A program made the translations under genes and the position numbers. DNA of 64,000 nt from Chiloscyllium plagiosum (taxonomy: Eukaryota): NCBI RefSeq assembly GCF_004010195.1, contig NC_057719.1:58544079-58608078 (forward strand), given 5' to 3'. The notes under the pieces were generated by a model. The model saw only the letters and a program-made list of their open reading frames with translations. It searched no databases and had not been told where the DNA came from. This document shows positions 24,998 to 35,989 of the stretch, in pieces (position 1 is the first letter of the stretch; each line of letters starts with the position of its first letter).

Positions 24998-25816
24998 TAG
25001 TCATAGAGACATACAGCACAGAAACAGACCCTTCAGTCCAACTCGTCCATGCCGACCAGATATCCTAACCTAATCTAGTCCTATTTGCCAGCACTTGGCC
25101 CATATTCCTCTAAACCCTTCATAAACCCATCACGATGCCTTTAAAATTGTTGTAATTGTACTTGCCTCCACCACTTCCTCTGGCAGCTCATTCCATACAC
25201 ACACCACCCTCTGTGTGAAAAAGTTGCCCCTTAGGTCTCTTTTAAATCCTTTCCCCTCTCACCCTAAACCTATGCCCTCTAGTGCTGGACTCCCCCACCC
25301 CAGGGAAAATTTGTCTATTTACCCTCTCCATGCCCCTTATGATTTTATAAACCTCTATAAGGTCACCCCTCAGCCTCTGATGCTCCAAGGAAAACAGCCC
25401 CAGCCTATTCAACCTCTCCTGATAGCTCAAATCCTCCAGAATTGCACACAATATTCCAAAAGTGGCCTAACCAATGTTATAACATGACCTTTCAACTCCT
25501 ATACTCAATGCTCTGACCAATAAAGGAAAGCATACCAAACACCTTCTTCACTATTCTATCTACCTGCGATTCTACTTTCAAGGAACTATGAACCTGCACT
25601 CCAAGGTCTCTTTATTCAGCAACACTCCCCAGGACCTTACCATTAAGTGTATAAGTCCCGCTCTGATTTGCCTTTCCAAAATGCAACACCTCACATTTAT
25701 CTAAATTCAACTCCACTCTTCAGCCCATTGGCCCATCTGATCAAGAGCCTGTCGTACTCTGAGGTAACCTTCTTCGCTGTCCACTACACCTCCAATTTTG
25801 GTGTCGTCTGCAAACT
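24998..25816 (-). mobile_element. CR1 LINE 3' fragment
   Basis: ORF 25242-25451 (LSYQERLNRLGLFSLEHQRLRGDLIEVYK); FADDTK motif near 25800; ctatgact tail at about 25000. Confidence 0.9.
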
Positions 25817-26137
25817 TATGTATAATCCCAGTCAATTTAGGTCTTTAAAATTTGGCAAATTAATTTTTATTTCTTTTTTTGTTTATTTCTACAATACAGC
25901 CTTTAAACCAGTTTACATCATACATTATTTGACTTGAAAAAGCCATTATCTCTTCCAAAATACTGGAAAGTGGCTCCTTTTTCAAGTATTTGCAGATAAA
26001 TTAATTCTAAATGAATTTTCTTTAAAATAAAAACTGAGGTGTGAAATTCAGTTTTTGGCAGCATCTACAGAGAGATAAAGAGCATTGATATTGCCCGTCA
26101 ATGACCTTTCAACGCTGCCTTTTGGGTCTGCTAGATA

Positions 26138-26344
26138 GAGGAGAAAGTGAGGTCTGCAGATGCTGGAGATCAGAGATGGAAATGTGTTGCTGGAAAAGCG
26201 CAGCAGGTCAGGCAGCATCTAGGGAACAGGAGAATCGACGTTTCGGGCATTAGCCCTTCTTCAGGAATGAGGAAAGTTGGTCCAGCAGGCTAAGATAAAA
26301 GATAGGGAGGAGGGACTTGGGGGAGGGGCGTCGGAAATGTGATA
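26138..26344 (-). mobile_element. Penelope terminal-repeat insertion with 14-bp TSD
   Basis: gggtctgctagata at 26124-26137 and 26345-26358; hammerhead motif on the minus strand at about 26237-26265. Confidence 0.88.
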
Positions 26345-26714
26345 GGGTCTGCTAGATACTCTGTTTTCTAACTGTTGACTTCATAGCGGTATGATAATGG
26401 TATGAGACTGAGTCAGATTTATTGCAGCCTCTGTATCATATTTGATCTGAAATTGGTGTTAGAGCCCTCACTGATGCTTCATTGTTTTATTTTATTCTTT
26501 TATCAATTTTGATTTGAGCTCTGAACTGGGAATTGTGACCTAAAGATGACTTTTGGACTGAGTAAGATTTAAAATGAAAACAGACACAATAAGCTTTGGA
26601 TTATTTGTGAGGCCAGGCCTCACAAATCACTGATTTAACTGCTGTATCATTGGCAGTCATTGGCATTAAGACTGCTTATTTCAACCTCTAACATTTCAAC
26701 CTCTAACATTTCCT

Positions 26715-27310
26715 GAGTTCATCCCTATTTTAGTTCATCTGCTGCTGAAATCCTCAGCAGTGTATTTGTTTTTATGAAATAGTGTATTCCAACACTGATT
26801 GAATTCCCAAACCTTCCTTCTGGAATTTGTGATCATTGAAATTACAGCTGATGCCTGTGACCTAATTTACACCAAATTCTCGTCTCCTATTTGCCCCTGT
26901 TCCCGCTAACCTACATTAGTTAATCAACTTTCTATTTCAAGAATTTTGAAATTTCTCCATGCACTCAATCTCTATCTCTAAGTTCCTTCAGCCACTCAGA
27001 TATATTTGTGCACCCCTAATTTTGACTTCTGAAAGACCACTGATTTAACTGCTGTATCATTGGCAGTCATACTAGGTGCGAAGCTGCCTAGGAGCTGAAC
27101 TCTGGAATTCATTTCCTAAAAACCTCAGCTAGTCTTTCTTCCTTGAGGAAGTTCCTTAAGAAGTACCTTTTTGAACAAGCTTTTGGTGATCTCCTGTAAT
27201 ATCTCCTCACATGGCTTGGTGTCAAATTCCCAATTATAATGCTCCTGTAAAGTGCCTGAGGATATTTCATTATGATAAAGCCACCATGCAAGTACAAGTT
27301 GTTGTTGATC
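26715..27310 (+). mobile_element. Old L2 LINE 3' fragment
   Basis: L2-type 3' region (gctgaaatcctc..., ttcctta...accttttt gaacaagcttttgg, ctcctgtaaagtgcct...aagttgttgttg). Confidence 0.65.
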
Positions 27311-28234
27311 TTAAAAGTGATGAAAGAGCACAATAATGAAACAGCCGCCCAGATTACATTCTTCCCAATTTTATTTTCTGGTGACATCAACAGAGAAAAT
27401 AATTGATCAGAGCTTTCAATAGTCTGGCTGTTTGTGTCTGTCAAACAAGAATCACCCCCCCACCCCCACCCCCAATATGTGAAAGAAATGTTGCTTTGCT
27501 GTTAGTGTTTTTTAAGCAGTCTTGTGAATTCCAGCAGCAACTTCCTTTGTTCAAATCTGTTTTATTTCCGTGAAAAAAGGAGTGTAATACTTAATTGTAT
27601 TTAAAGCTTAAATCAGAACATGTCATCTACATTTCTAAACAAAGTCATGTCATTCATTCAAAAATGTAAAACGTACTTCAGGTCTGTTTTTACTGTCATA
27701 TTCTGCACGCTGATGATAAATCTTAATTTGATTAATTGTACATTTTAGTCACTTAATTTCAGTTACCAAAATGAACAAAATTGCTTTAAAATATTTTTGG
27801 CATCAATGTAACATTATTGAAACCTGTCCCTTGCTAATGAATCAATGATAACTTACTTTCTCTGTAATTGGCATTTTGCCAATCAATGCTGTTTGAGATT
27901 CTAGCTAGAGGGTGTAATACATTTCAATATTCCACAGATGCTTTGTTTTTAAATACACAAAAACATTGTGTATTAGCTTTAGGGGGTGATTGAGTCCCTG
28001 GGGTGGCCTGGTACTATTGCAAAAACTTGTGCCTGTGTAGCTATGCTTTTCAGTGTATTTGGTCTACAACTTCAGCTTGTTGTCTGAACAGCATTGTTGC
28101 AGAATGCCCCTGTGTTGCTAAAATGAACCCTGAACTGTCCAACGTTCCAACTAACACCTTTGTAAAGGGAAAATTAAAATTGTTAATATGCCAAGAGGGA
28201 ATTGCTTGATTACTTAAATTAGCTGCTATGTTCT

Positions 28235-29383
28235 TAGACATTGTGGATGCCCACTCATAGTGGCTGTACCTGCATTGAGTTCATTTGTCAAACATGGGGA
28301 CAATGTTACAAAAGCTGCAAGCATCTTTTTTTAACGCATGGGCCCCTGGAAGTGTTGGTCACAGACAAATGGACCATCATTTACCAGCAGAATGGTATTC
28401 GGCATATAAGGACAACTCCATACCATCCATTGTCTCATGGTCTGGCAGAAAGTGCAGTCCAAACTTCGAAGGCAGGCTTAAAGAAACATCCTACAGCGTC
28501 AGCCAATTATGGGACCACCCTTCATACAACTACAAGGATAGCTCCAGCAGAGTTGCTCAGGGGGTGCGGGGAAGGGAGGGGGCTGAGGTGGTTGGAAGGT
28601 GGGTGAATTAGCATCAGGACTGCCAATGGAAGACACAAGACTCCTCCAAGCGACCAAGACACTTTACTTCAGGGGACACAGTTTGGTGCCAAAACCACGG
28701 AAATGGCCCTGCATGGGTAAGAAGCATGGTCAACACGAGGTCAGGTCCAGTGATACACAAAGTTTGGGTCGATGAAGTGGTCCTCGCAAACACATGGACT
28801 ACCTGAAACCTGCAAACCTGCAAACAGGGCAGCAGCAAAACATTTCCCACCTATCAGAACAGCCGGAAATGCTATCGGTACCCATGGATTTTCGCCCTCA
28901 ACCTAACGTTGAAGGAATCTCAGAGTCTGAGGTAGTTACAGCGGATGTTGCAGCCTTGATGCCTTTACCACCTGAAGAAGAGGACAAATTTCTTTCAAGA
29001 GATGCTTAGGGCGCAAGAGACAGGCTACAGTCCAGTACACGCTGCCTGTATCTGAGGCTGAGTTGGAAAATCCAGACCCAGATGGAAAAACCCAGGAGAG
29101 GCTACAAGAAAAGGAACAGGCTTACATCATTGGATTTAGAGGGAAAGGAATGTAGTGATTGTAATGAGGTCAGTCAGGTGGATCTAATAGAATATGCGTT
29201 CCCTGAGTCGGGCTGTTAATGTGGTCCAATTGGGGAGCCCTGGCTGACAGATATAACTAGGAGTATCAGGGGTTCTGTTCACTCTGACAGCTGACTGAGG
29301 AACCTGGCCAGTGGCAAGTATAATACATATGTAATTGAGAGGTGACTTAGTCATGACATACCGGCATCAGTGAAGTTATTTCA
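28235..29383 (+). mobile_element. Second Mag-type Gypsy copy: integrase 3' part, PPT and 3' LTR (29151-29383)
   Basis: GIRHIRTTPYHPLSHGLAESAVQTSK integrase motif; gagggaaaggaa PPT; LTR TGTAGTG...TTATTTCA. Lacks the ERV insertion, so it shows the empty site. Confidence 0.88.
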
Positions 29384-31007
29384 GATATTCAGACCTGCAC
29401 TGATCCATATTTCTAGGCTAGACCATTAGAATCTCCTTCCCCTCTGATATAGGGCTGACTCTCTTCCTCAAAGATGGCTCTTGCAGGTCAGAGCATACCT
29501 TCCTCTGGGTCTTCTTGTGCCACAAGTCTTACTGTGAGTTTTTTCCAGGGGGTGGCTTCCAGGTGCTTGTTTTAATTTATCTTGTCCTGGACCTTCACCC
29601 TGATCACCCTTCACTATTGCCATGCTGGAGAGGTGTAGCTTCCACATCCTCAGGCACTGAAGTCAAGATGCTAGAAAGGCTGATCAATACTTCTTCAACA
29701 AATAACCCTCAGGCTGTTGTGACTGGTTTCTCCTGAACCTTTGTGACCTATTTGACCTTGGTTTCCAATGTTCTGCATAACTGATAGCTACAGGCTGCAG
29801 TTCAATTGATTTGGCTAATTTTCTGTTAGGCTTGATATCTACAGCTGTGGGTCAATTTAGGATGTACAATTTTGAGGGTATGGTCATGTGATCACAGTCC
29901 CTTCTATTTATCCCTTTAAGCATCTGGTGAAACTAAGACTACAGGCTCAGACCATGCTCTCATGCAGGCAAGTAGCAAGTCTCAGATGGATAGCCTAGCT
30001 CCCTGAGTATCTTAGTTCTCCATTGTACATAGACATCAATACCCTATCAACGAACTGTCTTCCTTACGCACAATAATAAGCCTAACAGTACTATGTACAA
30101 ATAACTCAATACATAACTAGAGAATTAGCCACTATTTACATATACTGGCTCAACCTCAAGCCTCTTTGGCAATTAGCAGCACTCGATAGAGTAAAATTCA
30201 TACAGCGCACTAATTAACACGGCCTTTTCATGAAGCAGTCTGGGTTAATTAATTTCTTGGCTCCTAATATAGGAGCATAGAGTCCATAGTTAGTTTCTGG
30301 ATAAGTTCCTTCCAGCGGATGAATTTAACCATGAGGACAGTGAGGTAGATCAAAGTAAACAGAATGAACACAGCCAAGTATGATAGGAGACATATGGGTA
30401 TATATGCATGTTTTGAGCCCTAGGCCCAGAGGTCATCCCACCAATTAATCGCTTTGATTTCCCTAGTACCCTTTCAATTTGCTCTGTCTGCTGAATAATA
30501 GTAACAAAACATTAGGTGCGTTTGTAGCGAAGGCGACGATCAAGTGGTATTATTTGCTAAACTATTAATCCGTCGATTCAGCTAATGTTCTGGGGACCTT
30601 GGTTTGAACTCTGATGATGGAATTTGAACTCAATAATAAAGAAAATCAGTAATTAAGAATCCACTGATAACTATGAAATCATTGTTGATTGTCGCAAAAA
30701 TAATCTGTAGTTCACTAATATCCTTCAGGGAAGGAATTGTGTCAACCTCACCTAGTGTGGCCAACATGTAACTCCAGACCCACAGCAATGTGATTGACTC
30801 TCACTTGTCCTCTGAAATGGCTGAGCAAGCCACTCAGTTTATCATTCCCTACAGAGTCTCAAAGAAATGGAACCAGGTGCTTCACCTGGCATCAACCTCG
30901 GCATCGGAAAAGTCCACGGCAGAAACAGCCCTGTTAACTCTGCAAAGTCCTCCTTACTAACATCTAGAGACGAGTGCCAAAATTGATAGAGCTATCTCAC
31001 AGACTGG

Positions 31008-31681
31008 AGGAGAAAGTGAGGACTGCAGATGCTGGAGATCAGAGCTGAAAATGTGTTGCTGGAAAAGCGCAGCAGGTCAGGCAGCATCCAAGAAACAGGA
31101 GAATTGACGTTTCAGGCATAAGCCCTTCTTCAGGAATGAGGAAAGTGTGCCCAGCAGGCTAAGATAAAAGGTAGGGAGGAGGGACTTGGGGGAAGGGCGT
31201 TGGAAATGCGATAGGTGGAAGGAGGTCAAGGTGAGGGTGATAGGCCGGAGTGGGGGTGGGGGCGGAGAGGTCAGGAAGAAGTTTGCAGGTTAGGAAGGTG
31301 GAGCTGAGTTCGAGGGATTTGACTGAAACAAGGTGGGGGAGGGGAAATGAGGAAGCTGGAGAAATCTNNNNNNNNNNNNNNNNNNNNNNNNNNNNNNNNN
31401 NNNNNNNNNNNNNNNNNNNNNNNNNNNNNNNNNNNNNNNNNNNNNNNNNNNNNNNNNNNNNNNNNNNNNNNNNNNNNNNNNNNNNNNNNNNNNNNNNNNN
31501 NNNNNNNNNNNNNNNNNNNNNNNNNNNNNNNNNNNNNCTTGACCTCCTTCCACCTATCGCATTTCCAACGCCCCTCCCCCAAGTCCCTCCTCCCTACCTT
31601 TTATCTTAGCCTGCTGGGCACACTTTCCTCATTCCTGAAGAAGGCTTATGCCCGAAACGTCGATTCTCCTGTTCCTTGGAT
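31008..31681. mobile_element. Penelope insertion with inverted arms and 17-bp TSD, spanning an assembly gap
   Basis: gctatctcacagactgg at 30991-31007 and 31682-31698. The left arm is minus-oriented and the right arm is plus-oriented sequence of the same terminal repeat. Confidence 0.85.
31368..31537. other. Assembly gap (N run)
   Basis: Run of n characters between the inverted Penelope arms. Confidence 0.99.
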
Positions 31682-34600
31682 GCTATCTCACAGACTGGTC
31701 AAGCAACAGCCAGACATAGTCATACTCACGGAATCATATATTACGCACAATATCCCAGACACCATTATCACCATGCGTGGATACGTCCTGATCTACTAGG
31801 AGGACAGACTCAGCAGAAGTGGCGGCACAGTGAAATAAAGTCAGATGGAGTTGGTCTTGGAGTCCTTCATGTTGGCCCCATGAAGCACCATGTTTTCAGG
31901 CTAAACATGGGCAAGGAAACCTGATTGTCACGTACTGTCCTCTCTTGATAATTCGGTATTCCTCCATATTGAACAACGCTTGGAGAAAGCACTGAGGATG
32001 TCAGTGGCACAAAATGTGCTCTGAGTGGGTATGTGAGTAACCACCATCAAGAATGGCTTGGCAACAGTATTACTGATCAAGCTGGTCGGGTGTGAAAAGA
32101 CATAGCTGCTAGACTGGGTCTGCAGCAAGTGGTGAGAGAACCAACAAGAGTGAAAAGTATATTTGACCTCATCCTTACCTATCTGTCAGCTGCAGATGCA
32201 TCTGTCCATTACAGTATTGGTCAGAGTGTTTGTGTTTGTGGAGACAAAGTCCTGCTATCACATGGAGAATAACCTCCCTAATGTTGTATGGCACTGTCAC
32301 CATGCTAAATGGGAGAGACTTGAAACAAATCTAACAATTCAAGACTGAGCATCCATGAGGTGCTGTTAGCTATCGACAGCAGCAGAATTGTTCTCCAGCA
32401 CAACATGCAACCTGGTTCGGCATATCCCCTACTCAACCATTAACATCAAGCCAGTGGATGAACCCTGGTTCAATGGAGAGTGCAGGAGGGCATGTCAGGA
32501 GCAGCACCAGGCATACCTGAACATACTTTCAATAGGTGAAGCTACCAAACAGGACTATTTGAATGCCAAATAGTGTTAGCAGCAAGTATACATACAGCTA
32601 AGCAATCCCACAATCAACAGATCAGATCTAAGCTTTGCAGTCATGTCACATCCAGTCATGAATGGTAATGGATGATTAAACAACTCACTGGAGGAGGAGG
32701 CTCCACAAATATCTCCATCTTTAATCATGGAAGAGCCCAACACATCATTGTGAAAGATAAGGCTGAAGCATTCACAGCAATCTTCAGCAAAAAGTGCCAG
32801 ATTCAATTCGGCTTCCTCCAGTGGTCACCAGCATTACAGATATCAGTCTTCAGCCAATTTGATTTGCTCCATGTGATATCAAGAAACGGTTGGAGACATT
32901 GGATACTGCAAAGTTTAGAGGCAGTGACAGCAACAGTACCGAAGATATCTGTCCAGACCTTCCTGTTCTCCTAGTCAAGGTCTTCCAGTACAGTTACAAC
33001 ACTGGCATCTACTTGAAAAATGGAGAAAGTTGCCCAGAAATGTCCTGTGCATAAAAAGCAGGACAAACCCAACCTAGATAATTATCGCCCCATAAGTCTA
33101 CTCTCAATCATCAACAAAGTGATGGAGGTGCCATCAAGCACATGCTCAGCAATAACCTGAATCTTGGTTCTGCTAGGTGACTAAGCTCCTGACCTCATCA
33201 CAGCATTGGTTCAAACATGGGAAAAAGAGCTTAATTCCAGAGGGGAGGTGAGAGCGACAGCCCTTGATACCAAGGTTGCATTCAACTGAGTGTGGCATTG
33301 ATGAGCCCTATCAAAACTGAAATCAATGGGAATTCGGGGGCAAACTCTCAGTTGGTTGAAGTCACACCTGGTACATAGAAAGATGGTTATGGTTATTGGA
33401 AGTCAGTCATCTCAGCTCCAGGACATTTCTGCAGGAGTTCCTCAGGGCAGTGTCCTCCACCCAACCACCTTCAGCTGCTTTATCAATGATCATCCCTCCA
33501 TCATAAGATCAGAAGTGGAATGTTCACTGATGATTGTCCATGTTCAGCACCATTCACAGCTCCTCAGATACTGAAGCAGTCCATGTTCAAATGCAAATCT
33601 GGTTTACCATTGACTAGAAACTCAACTGCACTCACCACATAAACACAATGTCTTCAAGGCAGGTCAGAGGCTAGGAATACTGTAGCGAGTCACTCACCAC
33701 CTGACCTTCCAAAACCTGTCCACCATCTATAAGGCAATCAGGAGTGTGATGCATTACTGTGCACTTTCCGGGATAGTTGCTGCACCAACAACACTCAAGA
33801 AGCTTGACACTATCCAGGACAAAGTAGCTGCTGGGTTGGCACTACATCCACATGCATCCACTCCTTCCACCACCAACCCTCAGCAGCAATGTGTGCTATT
33901 TAAAAGATGCACTGCAAAAATTCACCAAAGATCCTCAGACAGCACTTTCCAAATTCATGACCATTTTCACCATGAAATACAATAGAAACATGGCAACACC
34001 ACTACCTTCAAGTTCCCCTTCAAGCCACTCATCATCCTGACATGGAAATGTATCACCTTTCCTTCACTGTTGCTGGGTCAAAATCCTGCAATTCTCTCCC
34101 TAATAACATTGTGGGTCAACCCACAACAGGTGAAGAAGGCAGCTCGCTACCACCTTCTCAAGGGCAACTAGAGATGGGCAATAAATGCTGGCCAGTCAGC
34201 GATAAGCACGTTCCACAAATGAATTTTGAAAAATGTCATTTGTGTCTGGATCTGCTGTAATATTTCTGTTAATACTTCAATGCCCATGTCGTACTTCTCC
34301 CAATAATCTCTGAAAATTTATCCGAGTTCACCACTGACATTGACCAAGATTTCACTCCTGCTGTGGATGTCTGTCAGCTCGATTAGGCCTACCCTGGCTG
34401 GTATATGTGGCCTAATACAAAAGTGGTGTTTTGGATGTTAGATGTGAAAGTCCCATACTGGTAATGTTTTAGGGAAGTTGTAATGCCATATTCATCCTCC
34501 CCCAAACACTACCCTAGTGATGTCTGTGTTCAGGCTCCAGCTCTCTACAGTACAATTTAGGATAGCATCTGTGTGGAAACCACACAAGGCATCTTCATTT

Positions 34601-34952
34601 GAATATGTGGATCGGGGCATAAAATTACATCTTTTGTTTATTGAATTTTATTTAGAGTGGTACCTATGAATCCTCCCTCTGTCCCAACAGTGTATACAAA
34701 GGTGCCGTCGTATTCTAACCATGCTCCCTCTTGGATAATGCCAACACTTTACACCTTGAAGAATTGTAACCCATTTTGATTTGGCTGTATGATTGGGACC
34801 ATCACTGTGGCTTGTCCTGAGGTCCCCTTACAATTGTTGTTAAGCTGGACCTTGGTCAATTGTCATAATTAACTATTTGAAATACTGGGATGTATCTTCT
34901 CTTAACAAGTGCTATATCTGTTCACCAGTGGTCCAAATGGGACCTGTCCTTC

Positions 34953-35040
34953 CTGAAGAAGGGCTTATGCCCGAAACGTCGATTCTCCTGTTCCCTGGAT
35001 GCTGCCTGACCTGCTGCGCTTTTCCAGCAACACATTTTCA
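34953..35040 (+). mobile_element. 88-bp Penelope hammerhead-motif insertion with 12-bp TSD
   Basis: gacctgtccttc at 34941-34952 and 35041-35052. The insert starts at CTGAAGAAGGGCTTATGCCCGAAACGTC. Confidence 0.88.
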
Positions 35041-35603
35041 GACCTGTCCTTCTTAGCCTACCTGGAGGTTCTCCCTCAACTGTTCAATCATCCACTGCCT
35101 ATATATGCGCCAAGGGACCAATTCTGCTGCCTACTGTCATTATCTATCTTTCCTGATAGTCTTGTTTATGGTCCAGGTTGCCCTTTTAGCATGATTACTC
35201 AGTGTTGGTCTGCCTGATTTTCTTTTATTCCCTGCTTGGTGGGGGACTGTTAGTGACTGTCCAAGATGATCCAAGGTCTTTTGACTTGCTGGGTTAAAAG
35301 TTTGAGTTTATTATCCACATTAGCCAAATCAAGTCTATCAACTGTGGACAGTTGTGCTCTGTTGCCAAATCACTGGACATATTTTTTGCTATGCCCCAGC
35401 GTGTCAATCCCTGTTTTTCATCCAAATAGCCACTAAGCTAAGTACCAGTATAATTTCAGAAGTTGGAAAGGGCGCTATGTTGGCAGCTGCATTCCGGATA
35501 ATTCTAACATGTCACTGGTACCAATTTATGGTAAGTAGTATATATTGTCATACAGAGTTTTGCCTGTGTGTTTTAAAACCACCCATTTTATGGTCCTCGT
35601 GTA

Positions 35604-35902
35604 GTCATAGAATCATAGAATCCCTACAGTGTGGAAGCAAGCCATTTGTCCCATTGAGTCACACTGACCGTCTGTAGAGCATCCCATCCAGATCCATCTC
35701 TCTACCCTATCCCTATCACCCTGGCTAATCCACCGAACCTACACATCCCTGGACTGTGGCAGGAACCGGAGCACCTGGAGCAAACCCACACAGAATCAGG
35801 GAGAATGTGCAAACTCCACACAGAGAGTAGCCTGAAGATGAAATTGAACCCAGGTCCCTGGCGCTGTGAGGCAGCAGTGCTAACCAGTGAGCCACAATGC
35901 CA
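35604..35902 (-). mobile_element. HE1-like V-SINE
   Basis: Reverse complement has the ctggttagcactgctgcctcacagcgccagggacctgggttcaa head, the V core and a ctatgattctatgac tail. Confidence 0.85.
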
Positions 35903-35989
35903 CTCCTGAATAACCATTTGTCCTGAACAAATGTGTAGGAATGCACTTCTGGCTGGTTTCCCATTTCTAATTTAATTAGAAATGGGAAA

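Larger units (their letters stand above)
30520..34235 (+). mobile_element. Near full-length CR1-group LINE with tRNA/SINE-like 5' head and no ORF1
   Basis: B-box-like ggtttgaactc at 30601. The endonuclease starts near 30945 (VLLTNI...LSHRLVKQQPDIVILTES). RT motifs include NYRPISLLS and GVPQGSVL. 3' end gatgggcaataaatgctggcc. Confidence 0.8.
30265..35600 (-). pseudogene. Decayed F-protein-like (lokiretrovirus-type) envelope gene, split into 35041-35600, 34245-34952 and 30265-30515
   Basis: Manual minus-strand translation gives GVVLKHTGKTLYDN, LSTVDRLDLANVDNKLKLLTQQV, EQLRENLQ..EGQVP, VPIIQP..FFKV*SVG, VILCPDP, LCGF...NCT, then IIQQTEQIERVL, INWWDDLWA*G and a hydrophobic anchor LLSYLAVFILFTLIYLTVLMV. 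Many stops and frameshifts. Confidence 0.62.

Noticed and set aside
31250..31799. ORFs spanning 31.25-31.8 kb
   Set aside because: Artefacts of the N gap.
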